59,339 nt of DNA, filler included, from Catajapyx aquilonaris (GCA_000934665.2; 4 parts of 4 records of this genome joined end to end with filler, not necessarily neighbours in it), one strand, 5' to 3'; positions 1 through 14,075 are shown, counted from the whole stretch's first letter. Translations and numbers: made by a program. The notes: generated by a model from the sequence alone, not told the origin.

Positions 1-282
1 ACATTTATAACGAACCTAATATCAGCAGCTTGTACATCGTATAGCAATTCTAAAAACAACACATGCAAAGATGTGCCGAAAAAGCACGCAGAATCTTTAT
101 CATCTATCATTATAATGACCTGGGGTGGTGGTATTACAAATTTTAGGCAGCGAAACATATCACTTATGGGCAGGTACATGTCAAGGATCGCGATCAAATA
201 GCCGTAAACCGATACTAGTAGTACCGTAACCATTACTGTATGCAGCAGGATGTTACAACTGAAAATGTCGTTAGTGGTCAGC

Positions 283-574
283 GATTTTTGGCACTAAGCT
301 GCTCGTTTTAAGCAGTTTCTTTTGAATAGTTTTAGTGGCTATCAAAAGTTTTAGTTGCCCGTCTTTTTCACCTCCTGCAAGGGGGATCTGGCCTGCAAAA
401 AACGTCAAGAAGATGCCAATATATTGTTTTAATCAGACATTTATTGTCATTCATAGCTTGGACGGATGATTCAGTCCGCCTTAATATTTGTAACTAATAC
501 TTTTTATAACTACTAAAATGTGATACGTCATGTGAAAGTAACTTCTTAAAATAAGCAGCATTAGTGTCAAAATC
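283..574. mobile_element. Degenerate MITE-like element of a dispersed repeat family
   Basis: GATTTTTGGCACTAAGCTGCTCGTTTTAAGCAGT (283-316) is an imperfect inverted repeat of ACTTCTTAAAATAAGCAGCATTAGTGTCAAAATC (541-574). The same terminal ~65 bp recurs at 2244-2308 (minus) and 48247-48318 (plus). No clear TSD. Confidence 0.5.
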
Positions 575-652
575 GGATTGTTGTATCGGCTCAAACTAAA
601 GAAAACATCTCCAATTACGTTTGATTATGTAGTATGACTAGTATTCCATATA

Positions 653-1685
653 CAGGGTGAATACTGTAACTTTGGCAAAAATCACAGGGTGGGTAGTGTA
701 GACCAAGACAAGTATTTTTGACATAGGAACCCATGTCCGGAAATGCCCCCGTACGGGGGTACGGCCGTTTCCCGCACAATTTTTTGATGCAGCCAAAGGC
801 CTGAACAACAATCGTTGGCGCCTGGTTGGTAGGCAAGCGTTCCAGAGGTGCATTCTTGGACGTCGGGGATACCAACAGAAGTTCCATGTAAATTTCTGGG
901 CGGGAATAGTCGGTGACTATTTAGTAGGGCCATACATGCTGCCTGGCCGGTTGAATGCGCATAACTACCGCATCTTCCTCCAACAACAGCTGCCGGAGTA
1001 TCTCTTATGATTTGCCCCTGCAGTTGCGCCGCGACATGTGGTGGCAGCAAGATGGCTGTCCCGCTCACTGGGGGAGGGTTGTCCTGGACCACTTGGACCA
1101 AACATTCCACAATCGGTGGATAGGGAGTCGAGGGCCTATCGCGTGGCCACCAAGGTCTCCGGATCTCACCCCTCTGGATTTCTTCCTGTTGTGTGCAATG
1201 GAAGCATTGGTGTACGAGACGCCGGTGCCCACCGAACAGGACTTGATTGCGCGAGTCGTAATGGCCGCAGAGGCCATTAATAGGCAGCATAAGGGCGTCT
1301 TCGAACGAATACGAGCAGCGTGGAAGGCACGCATTCAAAAATGCATCGAAGTCGATGGGGGGCATTTCGAGCACCTTTTGTAACGCATGGTAATAAAATT
1401 GTGTCATCCATTAGTTCCATCTTTCATGACTGTAAAATCTGCGTAACAGAGTTGGCTGACCTTGATCTAATAAAATCCTCCGATAGGCATTTGACACGGT
1501 TGCCTACCCACCAGGCGCAACGATCATTGTTGTTCAGGGCTTTGGCTGCTTCCAAATATTGTGCGGGAAACAGCCGTACCCCCGTACTGGGGCATTTCCG
1601 GTCATGGGTTCCTATGTCAAAAATACTTGTCTTGGTCTACACTACCCACCCTGCGATTTTTGCCAAAGTTACAGTATTCACCCTG
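653..1685 (+). mobile_element. Internally deleted Tc1/mariner-superfamily transposon, DD41D (rosa/Visitor-type), with ~190-bp TIRs
   Basis: TA|CAGGGTGAATACTGTAAC...GTTACAGTATTCACCCTG|TA with TA TSD. TIRs are ~653-840 and ~1496-1685. The interior holds the transposase C-terminal half. Confidence 0.93.
842..1383 (+). pseudogene. Transposase remnant (DDD catalytic domain, C-terminal half), frameshift near 1003
   Basis: Reads QQKFHVNFWAGIVGDYLVGPYMLPGRLNAHNYRIFLQQQLPEYL / ...MWWQQDGCPAH...RWIGSRGPIAWPPRSPDLTPLDFFL...CIEVDGGHFEHLL*. There are 41 residues between the second and third catalytic Asp. Confidence 0.92.
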
Positions 1686-2308
1686 TATAATTCGTGATTT
1701 TCCCTAATTTGCTTTCAACCGCCCCTAAGATAGTTTTCAGTTCAAGTACATTCCCCTGTCCCCTGATTATTTCTGCTAGCACGCGACATGACGTCACGCA
1801 TCGCCGTAACTGTCGAGCCCAACACGTAACATATACTCTATAAAGCTCGCCCCCTTGCAGCTAACTGATTAAATTATTCACGCGGTGGGATCCAAATTTG
1901 GAGATTTTTAGTGCGCTCGGAGTGTTAATTGCATGATATATTGCCACCTATTCTTAGTTACAGGGCGAACATATGTAGTAAACTGCGACAAAATAATGAC
2001 CTTTGTTTCTCGCACTATTTGGGTAGCCAGTGTGATTGAAGTCAGGTCGGTCACATCATCATCAACAACAATAATTATGACAAACAAAACAAAACAAAAC
2101 ATGACGGCGTTGTTCTGCAAAAGAGGTATAGTCAGCGATGTAGCATTCAAGTTAAATTATAAATATAGGCTTGAAAAATGACACAAGTGTGTGACATTCA
2201 ATCGCATTTAGCTCATTAGAATCGAAACATACGACGTATATCGTAACTTTTGATAACCACTAAAAGTAACTATTCATAAGTAACTGCTTAATATAAGCAG
2301 CTTAGTGC

Positions 2309-2341
2309 AATAATAACAATAACAATAACAACAACAACAAC

Positions 2342-2388
<47 letters not shown>

Positions 2389-2397
2389 TGATAATGA
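2309..2397. repeat. (AAT/AAC)n microsatellite in the TMTC intron
   Basis: Direct trinucleotide repeat. Confidence 0.95.
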
Positions 2398-2426
2398 TTT
2401 TTGCTTTGAAATAAAAATATTTTTAC

Positions 2427-2899
2427 CTAAAAGTGAGAATGGTGAGTGGCCGGTACGACTTGTGCGATGCCGGATCCGACATGGGTCGGCCCCAGAAGTC
2501 GTTGAGGAAGATCCGCGTCGTGGGTTGCGTCCCGACGACATCTGGGTTCCCCTTGACCGCGCTGAGGTCATCGTGGACAAAGTCCCCTCCCAAGGAGTTC
2601 AGGTAGCACAGTACGCTCACTGCCACCAACCAGCACTCACACTGTCCCCATGGAGGTCCTCTACCCCACCATGACCCTTGACCGTCCGGAGTCACCGATT
2701 CCGACGCTCTTCTTTGCCGCTTGTGGCCTCTATGCGGGCTGGCACCGGCCACCTTGGCCGAGGAGTAGACGTGAGAACGCAGCATGATGTGTCGGACGGC
2801 CCGGCTTGGAGAGGTATGGCTCATGGCATGTACGGACCCTCCGATTTCTATCCCCATACGGACATGCGTACTCTTGCACGACCGCAAAACGTGGTTCAT
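2427..2899 (-). CDS. TMTC1: First conserved coding exon of protein O-mannosyltransferase TMTC1-like; start codon uncertain (ATG at 2899 or a downstream ATG such as 2785)
   Basis: Translation LCYLNSLGGDFVHDDLSAVKGNPDVVG...IFLNDFWGRPMSDPASHKSYRPLTILTFR matches the TMTC N-terminal signature. FVHDD and NPDV favour TMTC1 over TMTC2-4. The exon ends at a phase-2 donor AG|GTAAAA (intron starts at 2426). A candidate acceptor TTTCTACAG| precedes 2962. Confidence 0.92.
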
Positions 2900-4109
2900 C
2901 TCGAGAAATCAGGTGAGGTCGAATAGGGAAACAAGTGACCTGCGGTACTGCCACGTGGAAAGCTGTAGAAATGTGGCCAAAAAAAGCGTAGCAGTGTCTC
3001 ACCGCGTGTACTGATAACCACTACTGGTAGTAACCACAATCCTCTCCTAATGGTAACATACATTACATAGACACGTAAGTTCATGTTAAATGTAACTTGA
3101 AATAGTATTGTTGTTGCTGCAGTAACGTATGGTGACAAGTGCAAGTGAGAGATTACCTGCGATTGACGCTACCAATTTCGCGGAACGTAAAGTGCTCGGT
3201 GCGTGGAATAGGTTTCCAAAAAGATTTACAGTACAAATACACTATAACTTGACTCATTCGTTCATAATAACCCTGGAGATTTTCGAGAAAATACTTTTTG
3301 TGTCGCGAACTCAGCGATCAATGATCTCATAAGAGGCCGCTTATTGCAATCAGATTTGGAAGTATAATGAGGCAGTGATTAAGCCGTGGGATAATAATAT
3401 TATAGTGTGGTCTTAATGAGGGTTTGCACCGTTGTAAAATCGCTTCTAAGGCCCGTGAGCCTATAAATTTGGAAACTATTAGAATAATATCAAGACTTTC
3501 GCAATATGACTCTTGCTTGCGCCCAGTAAAATAGTAGGAAAAAGTGGAAATAAAATTACCCAAATGATATTTTTGTTTAAAATGTGACTAACCGGTGGTA
3601 AAAATGAAGTTATATAGTATCCCATTTTATAACCACTGGGACACATCGTGCACATGTATGGAAACACGAAGAAATTACCTAATACAAGAAAGTTCTCAAA
3701 AATCGAGTTAAAATTAATTTCAAAAAATATTGAGTTATTAATTTCCATAATAAAATATTTTTTAAAATTGGTTTACACCCTGAAAAGGGAGAAAATAAAC
3801 AATTATGCCACTGGCGTCAACGGCTGTAGATGACTACACAAAGGGGCAACATTACATAAAGTCCCTCTAATATATGTAACCAAAAGACCAATATAATACA
3901 CAAATGAAACAAGGTATATGTGTGGAACTTGATGAAACACAAATATTATTATTTCTTTGAAATAATATTTTATGAGTTAGAAGTATTTTTTGTGCAATAT
4001 CAGAGGGGAAGTTCAAGTCTCCCAGGTAAGGTTCATGAATATATTTTTCTTGCTGCTTTTCTTTTGATGAAGGAAGCAATTTTCTAAGTCGTTTTTAGTT
4101 ATCACTAAT

Positions 4110-4112
<3 letters not shown>

Positions 4113-4168
<56 letters not shown>
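4113..4168. repeat. (GA)n microsatellite
   Basis: Direct dinucleotide repeat. Confidence 0.97.
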
Positions 4169-4175
<7 letters not shown>

Positions 4176-4610
4176 ATAATATTTGTACTGTTTGGTCTCT
4201 ACACAGTTTTTCAAATAAATTAAAAAATAGTTGCAACTCCATTTTTAACCCGTTCCGTTGTAGGCAGCTAACTTACGATAACAAGATTATAATGCCTTAT
4301 GAAGTTGGATGCTGCCGTTCGTTAAAACGTTATTAAGGAGGGAAAAGGCGCAAGCTTATAGTGATTGATGGAAAAGGGCGTTGGAGCTTTCAAATGCAAA
4401 TGGGCCCGCAAAATGCATGATGCAGGGAAGGGCCTCCATCTTGAGACTTGATTCTGAATCGATTTACAATCATTTCCAGGAGGCAGGGTGTTGTCAGCAA
4501 TACATGATTCACTATCATTTAAAACGCAACAATATTTTCATTACCTGAGACATTAACTGTAGCCGGACAGTAGCCTGTATCTTTTTTTAAATGACGATAA
4601 CTTTGGTTTA

Positions 4611-4762
4611 AGGTGCGTTTACATGTGGGCGATTTGACGAGCGAAGTCTTCGCCGAGGCTAAGTAACCCAAGTAACCAATATTGTTTGAGGCGAATATCG
4701 ATTGATAATTTTAACTTCGGCGAAGATTTCGCTCTTCAAATCTCCCACATGTAAACTCACTT
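4611..4762. mobile_element. PIF/Harbinger (Tourist-like) MITE
   Basis: TTA|AGGTGCGTTTACATGTGGGCGATTTGA...TCAAATCTCCCACATGTAAACTCACTT|TTA: ~47-bp imperfect TIRs and a TTA TSD. Confidence 0.82.
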
Positions 4763-5718
4763 TTATGTCATGCACATGATGTTTCATATTAAAGTGGTCC
4801 ACCCTAGAAGCTTGCCGGGCGAATTTTGATGGAGCCTGTATATTAACTAACACCAGCAGGTCAATGAATAGGAGTTAGAACCAATGGATGCTTTCATGTT
4901 ATTTACTCAAAAGTATGGCATGGATTTGAGCTTATGTGGTGCTCTGTAAGAAAGGATTTGTTCTCTAAACCAAAAGGAGGTAAAATTGGACGTAAACGAA
5001 TATAATTCGTGTCCGCTGGTGAAGTAATGTCTGACGGCCGTAATAAATAAAAGTTTCGAAACGAAGGATGAGGGGTATGGGGGTGAAGGAAGGAGGGAGA
5101 GAGGAGGGGCTTCCAGTTCATTATATCAAACCCCGATGAGGTTTTTACGGGTTCCCATTCCTTGGCCGCGGCGGAAAAGAAAGTTTCCATAAAAGGGGAA
5201 CTTACGGCAGCGCGTTTGAAAAGGAGCTTAGGCTGGACGGGAGGGGAAAATTCATTACCCGGAGCAAACAGAGTCGAAGAGGGTGGAGGGCAAGGGGGCT
5301 GAAGCCGCCAGGAACCAGCCAAACTCTTCTCCACATTTTGTCAGCACCTTTGGCCTCATCCTACAAGTCTGGTTGGTAGAGATCTTTGGATCCATGTCTA
5401 CCTATCACTGCTTGAAGCAGAAAACTTGCCCAAGAAAGCTACCCATCCGTAGCATAATTTAAGAATATATTTGTAATCCACAGGTTGTTGTTAATATTTA
5501 TTGCGACTCTCTCACTAGAGGGCAGTGGCGACTGGGTGTGGACTGGTGGGGAGAGCCCTTTTGTATGGAGAGTCGTGAGACGGCCTGGGCCGCCTGGCTT
5601 CGGGCCGGTCTAATAAATGGGTTGATCATAACTTGTTGTATTATTGGACCACCGCCACGCCCCTGAGTAACCTTGCGCGGTCAAGAGGGATGACTTGAGG
5701 AAGTTAGGCCTCACATTA

Positions 5719-6842
5719 AACTATGCAACACGATATTTTTTCATGGAAATTCATCTCTGTTTCCATGTTACTCATGTCACTCGTAATTTCATAATGACAT
5801 TCATTTTGTCTGCCATTTCTTTTTTACCTCGGGGAAGTCAAAACACCAAAATCCTCAAAATATATAGGGTTTTTTCCCCAATCAAGTGGTCCTAAATGTT
5901 GCTAGACCATCTCGGATTTGCTGAAAGAAATCACAGCTGTACACAGCTATGACATAACACTGCATATAAAGTTTCAGCCAAATTGCGAAATACCGTGAGG
6001 ACAGAAAAAATAGCGAAATTTTGGAAATTTGGTCTTTCTTGGATTTTTTTCGGTTACTGGCAGTGGTCAAACCCAATCAGCATACACATCAGATGAAAGA
6101 GAAACACGAGGGAACTGCGCATATGATACTGGTATTATTTTGTTTTCCTCTAAAATGTAACCAGAAAAACGTGTGTGGTATTCCATCGGTCACATGTCCA
6201 AGAATTTGGGTCCTTGAAAATTAATGGCACGGTATATCTGCAAAACATTATTTTCTCGCGAGCCATGCATGAACCAGCCTTATATTAAATCTGATATGGG
6301 TCACAACTCCTGTCACCAAATATGGCTGCTCTTACGCAAATACATCACTAATTTATTGTTGGGGGTCTAAATACTTGGACATGTGACTTAGCATGCGTGA
6401 CCGCGATGGAATGCCACACATATTTTTCTGGGTACATTTTCGAGGAAAACAAATACCATAGGAACATTCTCCCCGTGTTTCCCTTGATGTACCGTTATAT
6501 GATGATTGGGGTTTGACCACTTCCACTAACCGAAAAAAATTATCCAAAAAAGGCATAATTTACAAAATTTTGCGATTTGTTTCCCTCCCCACGGTAGTAT
6601 TTCGCAATTTGGCTGAAACTTGAAATGCAGCGTTATGGCATAAGTGTGTACAGCTGTAGATCTTTCAGTTGCAGCAAAATCCGAGATGGTATTTGGAGGA
6701 ATTTGGTGTTTTGACTTCCCCGAGGTCAAAAACCTATCGAAGACAAAATGAATGGTCATTATGAGTTACGAGGGACCTAAGGAACATGGAAATAGCGATA
6801 AATTTCGACGGACAGAAAAAAGGTGATTGTTGCTGCATAGTG
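5719..6842. mobile_element. Non-autonomous foldback DNA transposon, Chapaev3-like
   Basis: Two diverged inverted arms of ~490 bp (5719-~6210 and ~6355-6842). Termini are TTA|AACTATGCAAC...TGCTGCATAGTG|TTA. CAC...GTG ends (left C mutated) with a 3-bp TWA TSD fit Chapaev3. Confidence 0.7.
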
Positions 6843-7897
6843 TTATCTAACAGTTAGGCCTACACTACTGATCCAGGGAGGCGAGGCACTAACAAAATGC
6901 TACTTACAATAGGTATGCGTGCTCGCTTATAAACGGGCATAAACAAGGTTCTTTTTTAAATCTGAATGTCTGTCCACAAGGTTGCGGCACCAATTACCTG
7001 CACGCATAAATGACAGGCACTTACATTGTCAGTAAGGTCAGAGTCGCATGTTTTAACTACATGGTCCGAAGAAGGTCGGATTCTCATTAACTGAAGTGTG
7101 TAATCACTTCCTTGAAAAGGTGTAAGCCATTCCTACGGAATTGGGTTGGAACTTGGGAGCAATCTGGAACCTACTGGAACGACTGCCGAAATTGTCCGAT
7201 TCTAGGAACACACTTTCTTGACAAGTGATGACTCTCTTTGCCTCGCGCAATATAGGCACAATTTCTAAGTGGGCAATTAAGTAATTGTAATTAAATACTC
7301 TGTAAGGGCAATGATCTGATTTTGGGCCACCGATGCTGCCACCATCACTGGGCACATTTGATTATACTTATTGGAGTAATTCAAGGCGTGTTATTGGCAA
7401 TGCTCACGTTCGACACGCAAACGAAGCATTCCTCTATGATCATGTGCAGATGACCTTATTATAATTCAATTTTAATCTGAGACACAAAAAATGCTTCTAG
7501 GAACCACTCCTTTATCGCCCACTTCACAAATGTACCACCAAACACGCAAGTTCAAGAATTTGCCTCTACTTTCCTCCACTCAAATGGAGTTCATTGCCAT
7601 GCAGAATTATTATGATGCTGTTCATATAGCCCAGGTGCATGGGCATTTTGAGACCCCTTGACACAAACAAACTAGCAACCTCCTTATATAGCTCCATAAT
7701 GTGATTATTGATAATATGTTGTACAAGAGGTGATGCAAAAGTTCGCACTGCTCTAGGAGCTATTACTTGCGATATTTACAGACAAAAATAATTCCCTGCA
7801 TTTTATTTTGGCTTCATTATGAAGAAAATAGTACGAAAATTCTTGTTCGTCATATACCTGCCGAATAGGGGTCAACCTACATGTTATATTTCTCCAC

Positions 7898-8334
<437 letters not shown>

Positions 8335-11300
8335 TGCTCCACTGCCATCCATACATTCCGTCTCATTCGCGGGATATTTTTATCACATATGCCTATGATG
8401 GCCTATGGGTTTCATTTAAGAAAGCTGACTGCGAAAACCACGAAATGAAACGGACAATGAATTAGGTGTACTAGGAACCCGGGGTCATATAGAGAGTTTG
8501 AATAACTCTGTAGAATATATGTCGCGTTGAGGTCGGAAACCTACATGAAAAAAACAATGCTACTCAGTGTCACTACAGCCTCATTATTATTCATGGTTGC
8601 TACTTGCACAGATACTGCAGCTTCATGTTTCTATGACCACGCGTGAATGCTGCTTGGGCAACAATGGTCGCTTTCAAACCCAATCCCATAAATCAGCGTG
8701 TGAGTGCAACTTTGGCCAACTAATTAGGTATGAGGCCCTCCAAGTCCAATTAATTCCTGTTCCGATGCTGTTGCTTTTTTGGGAAAGAGGTGGAGGGTAG
8801 GAGGGGATAGGCGGGGTTCCACATGCTGACATCAGTTGAAATGAGTTCTGCCTGTTATTGAATTCGCCATGGCGGCCTCAGCTTCACAACTCCCTTCGGT
8901 GCTATATTCACTTGGGCAATCAAGTCTAAATGAATACGTCGGTGGGTATTTTCGAAACATTCAAATTACTACGCTTGCTCTTATAACCATCCTCTATACA
9001 GTAGATGCCAGCGCTGTTATGAATATGCTACAAGTTAATTTCATGCAATGACAAGTTTTATCGGATTGGACTGTAGTTATTGGTAGTGCCATATTCATGG
9101 ACTTTTTTCATTTAAACTTTCGTTTGCACTTTATGAGAAATGAGAATAAATGAGCGCAGGAAATGAGAACGAGCAAGAGAAAAAACCTCTCACTTAATCA
9201 ATGTATTCATCTTAGCATCATTTCCGTGGAAACCCTGCGCATATATTCCAGCCTTGTAATCCGCGACTCACCTGCCAAGCGTGACAAATTATCACTTTGT
9301 TTCGAATTAACTCCGGTAAAAGAAAATGTCAGAAGACAGCGTTTTAAAAGGAACTCCTAAGGAGTGGGATGATTTTTTTCATTAACAAAGTAAAACGAAT
9401 GTCAGCATTCCTTTTTAACAATGATCAAGAGAATAAGAGGAGCCATCAGCACAAAGTTCCCAAAGGTTTATTACATGAACATGTTCAACATTATTTTGGC
9501 TAAATTATTTATTTGCGCAGTGTCTGTCCAAAAGCATAAGTAAAATACGTCTGTCGAGATGTTTCTATTCGGACGCCACTTATAACAGGAGTAATAATGG
9601 CGTTCTCACCCACATGAATGTTGCCGTAAATCTGGAAAAACTTGGCCACCAGGATGCAGCACCAGGGAAGGAAAAAGTGGAGACGAAAGAGAGTGGTCCA
9701 GAAGGCAGTGGCACCGCACTTGTAAATCATATTTTCTGAGCAGCAAGACGAACGTATACGAGCGGTCGTAAATTACAAGGACAAGTCATATCCGTCGAGC
9801 GATATTGAAAACGGAAAAGTCGGACCTCGCACTGAAGCACACAGAGCGATTTATCAATTTGGAGCCGGCGACCAGTTGCCACAAAAGGGTTGGGATTACT
9901 CACCAGGAGAGCTAGATGGATGGGATTTGGCCGAGGTTGGGACACTTAGTGGGACCCAATCCCACCTTTTTTGCCCATTGCCTGCACAAACACTCGCATG
10001 GAATTTTGCAACCCCCTCTAGGGTGAATTCATTTCCATATTATACTCTTCAATTATGCATTATTGGGGGGAGGTGGGAGTTCATCCGGTCAAATTGACAT
10101 TTAACTGCACTGGACTCACGTTTGAGCATATTATGATCGTTACATTTTTGGCAAGGCATGGCTAGTAACTAAAATGTAATTAAATTTCATATCAACTATA
10201 ATATACTCTATACAATGCTTATTATACATGTTAAAATATCCTCCTCGTTCTAGCCAATTCAGTAATGCATCCTAATCGTGTCTGAACGCACCAAGCTTGT
10301 GTAAATGATGTGTGTGATAGGCTATGTATGAAGCCTTTAGACTGCCCGAGATCTCACAGGATCAAAGGAAACGCTTCACCTGGGCCTTCTGGAATGAATT
10401 CAGCGGTTAGGGAAGGAATAACAAGAGGGTGCAGTGCACTTCCATACACGACTATTTTAGGAAGGGAGAAGAAGGTGGGTCAGTTGGAGCCCCGTGAATT
10501 CATCTCTCAAGTACAAAGGATTATTGGAGTAGGGCCCTTCATAGGACGGAATGAGAGAGCTGAGCTTTGTCCATATTTCTGGACTTAATGTGTAGCCCAC
10601 TTCTTTTTCCAGACTCATTACTGGTAATGCAATGTAGCAATGATAGCTTGGTAACTCAAGATAAGCAACAAAAGGTGCTCTTTGGACTCATTGGGCGGAA
10701 CACTCGGTTGTTGGAGAGAAAGAAAAACAGAGATGAAGGAAACTCCCACTAAAAAAACAGGAAATAAATGGAGCAAATAAATCACCCGACAGTGTGACCA
10801 GAGACCATCTTAATCTAACCCAAGGGGCCTTTGCAAAAGAGCGAAAATAAAATTCTGGCGAGGAAACGGGCGAGTGCAAATCCGAGGAAAAAAGAGAAGT
10901 CTCTAGACAGTTCTCCAGAGACTCTGACTCCAAACTACTTCTCAAGATTTTGTACCGCTGCACTATTAGGCTTCTATAAGCCGATCTCTTCGCTGGCTTC
11001 ACTGGCCCCACAGCGACCTTTTGTTTGATTCAGGGTGGTTCTCAGCACCAATTCACCATTAACACTTATGGACTTCAATTTATATTTGCAATTAATTCAA
11101 TGGGAAGACTAATGTGCATTAGGTCCAATATTTTTAGTCGGGGGCAATTACCATTCTGCACTGTTGAATGTGGTGTTGCAGTCATACAGGTAGGATTTGT
11201 GGGACGGGGTATGCAGCAGTGTTCAGTGCAATCTGACACGCCTTTGAAAGTCAGACCTGTCATCAAATAATCTAAATAGAGACGAAATCGATAGGATGCA

Positions 11301-12941
11301 GAATTACCCAATAGTGGAACCCAGCATTTTGCATAAAGCACTGACAAGGGCGCATAGAATCGACGCTTTGAAAATGGGGAAAGGGCTTCGTTTCCGGAAT
11401 ATAAATTTGCGACCACGAGCCATTTGCCGATCCAATATGCACTGATCAGCAAATGATGGACATGCAAATGGCTAGTTGCCAGAGTAAAAAATAATTTGCA
11501 ATGCACCATGATGCGTTTGAGCCGCGGGCAACGCCGGTTAACATGTTGTGTACATGAAGCCCACACTCTACTATACGTTGGACGTAATAAACCCAATTTG
11601 TTCGGCACACCGGGGTCAAACAAATGCTTTACATTTGGTGTAACCCTGCGCGTTGGTGTTAATATTGTAATGCAAATCATTTCCGTCATTACTGGTAATG
11701 TAATGCAGTCCTAGAGATTAGCAATTATTGTAAATGTAGTGCGAGAGTCACTGACATAAAAGTAATTTATTGACTTATATTTGAGTCATACACATTTATT
11801 TGTAGGCCTACTCAAATCTGCATGTTCTTCAACATTAGTATACTGCTGGTTAATTCGATTCGATTTAAGAAAGTTGTTCCTTGCGAAATGCAGGTTATAT
11901 TCACTCACTGAACTGGGATATTGATATTTTTAATGCGAGAGGTAAAAAAATGTTCACAGTTATTGTGAAACTTATTTTTTAACTGTACGGAATACCGGAA
12001 TTTCAAAAGCTATTCTGCAGAGAAAATTGCATCGCACCTTAGTGAGCTGTTATGTTCCGCTATCTATGGCAGAAAATTAAGGTCCTTGTCGAGGGTCAGA
12101 TCGTAGGTCTAGGGTCAAATGCAGCTTACAGGCCAAGAGGTCCCTTTGAAGCTCCTTTGTAAACACAAGGCAAATGACAGATGAAAGGAAGTGGGTTCAG
12201 GTGGACAAAGCAAACACTTCATGCCCGCAGGATGCAGGCATCGAAGGCAAAGGATGTAATATGTAGGTACAGTACCTCAAGTAGGCAACTTGCAGGTTAG
12301 GATCTTCGTGTAACTGCTATCTAGTGTGGTGTAAGCCTAATCACCACATGTTCAATACTGTTCAAATAAGCTGGCAAAAGTACATTTTGCATGGGGTGGC
12401 AGAGTGAACTGTGGCCCACTCTGGCCATGCTTGGTGTTGACACAACCATAAATTAGAAAATAGTGGCTTGTAAATAACAAGCGTGAGGCAATCTATATTT
12501 TCTTAGGCGACTCGACTGCTTGCGACATATAAATTATTATTGCTGAGAAGCGTAAGTGGCCTTTTACCCCTTGTGATGAAACAATTAGCAGGAGCTTCAA
12601 CGCCAGTACCTGATAAATCATAGTGGGTCGCAGCTGGAAAGGACAGAGTGGCCTATCCTAATGTTACTTAAGTAAGTTGTACAGTGTTGCGCGATGGCAA
12701 ACAAAATGTTAGGGACGTGGAAAACATAACCTTATAATAAATAATGTTAATGATTTTAACATAATATTGCTGTATATGCTAAGAAATGAAAATATATTTC
12801 GATAATGCGTGTGTGGATGAGCCTATCTTTATTTTTATAGTGAAATTATTGACATACTCGTATTTTGTGCAAGAATTGCTGAGAAAATTAAAGAAGGAAT
12901 TTAAAAAAAGACAAATCCGAATGACACACCCATGGTCGGTG

Positions 12942-13700
12942 TTACAGGGCGAGCAAAAAGGTCAAGGAAAGGAACCCTCGGGAAGGAAAGTTCCATAGCA
13001 GGAGTAAATCAGCAGTGGAAACCCATTTTAAATTCTGAATCTGTATTGCCACCAAAATCGTGGCTTTCACATCTCGCACTTTGCGGCGGTTGACATCCGC
13101 CAAGTTCTTCCACGTTTTTGTGAACAATTCCTCTGGAAACAAAACACATTTTAATATGCATAAAATTGGCTCAAGTGCTCTGGGCACTGTTGTTTGTCAA
13201 TGAACAGCATAGAAATGAAACTGAGCTGAGGAGGAATTTTGGTGAGGGAAGGAACACGATCAGGTAGAGCGTTGTGTGTGCACATCTCTACAACGGTGAC
13301 AAAGAACAGCTCCCTTTCCCAACAACATATTCGCTACTTTAGCTACTCCCTTTAAGACTTTCCTGCGCCCCCACCCCTGCTAGTGATCGTCCTCCTGTGA
13401 TATTTTTTTTACAGAAGCAGTCCAAATCCCTACAAGCACCTACACTCATCGGGTATGGAAAAATCCACTGGTTTTGACACAGGTGTACGACAATTTTAGC
13501 CAGCTACTGCTCTGCATACGTACTATGGTTGGAGCTCAAGTTGTTAGAGGAACTTCAATCTTGAGATACTTCAGTACTCAGGCTATATACGTACTTACTT
13601 GGCTGCTCGACTCTCTCGGCCACTTCGTCCCACAGCACCTGCAGGCGGGGCCGGTCTCGGTGTTCCTTGCAGAGGACGTCCCAAATGTACTGCCTCTCAC
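12942..13700 (-). pseudogene. Two-exon MADF (Myb/SANT-like) domain remnant, likely a Harbinger ORF2
   Basis: Exon ~13700-13599 reads RQYIWDVLCKEHRDRPRLQVLWDEVAERVEQP and ends at A|GTAAGT. The acceptor TGTTTTGTTTCCAG| opens an exon from 13132. Splicing gives in-frame ...QPKELFTKTWKNLADVNRRKVRDVK...LKWV with the MADF tryptophan spacing. Confidence 0.78.
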
Positions 13701-13809
13701 ATGTAAGGTGGTAATTGCAGAAGTCAAAGAAGGGATAAAGAATTTTTAGGACCTTCTTTGAAATGTAGGCATTGTCCACGAAACATACGCTCTCACGACG
13801 GGATTGCAA

Positions 13810-14075
13810 CAAAAAATGTCTTAACTAGGGGAGCGTTGCTCAGGAGCTGATTGTCTTCGAGTTGCGCTCACCCAAAGAAGAATAGAGTTTCACAAGAGAA
13901 CTCAAATTGTAAGGCAAGGACAAATTATTAGTAAGATATGTCCTCATCTAAAAGAATGACACAGAAGAATACGGCGATTAAGAAAACAAAAGAGGTAGCT
14001 GATAACCGACCACACCGGTCTAATATATATGGCAGGGCTATCCTCAACAAGAGAGTTGNCCGAGATGTCTGACTA
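13810..14075 (+). pseudogene. Heavily decayed Harbinger transposase N-terminal region
   Basis: Frameshifted fragments GSVAQELIVFELRSPKEE*SFTRELKL, IISKICPHLK/NDT, QKR*LIT and GRAILNKRVxRDV* occur in the order expected for HARBI1-like transposases. By-eye match only. Confidence 0.5.

Noticed and set aside
682..1407. 241-aa minus-strand ORF
   Set aside because: Antisense shadow of the DD41D transposase and its TIR.
5523..5665. CAGTGGCG...CGCCCCTG hAT-like ends
   Set aside because: Very short TIR and no 8-bp TSD.
11075..11689. 204-aa minus-strand ORF
   Set aside because: No recognisable domain, splice context or compositional signal. Treated as a chance ORF, though a BLAST search was not possible.
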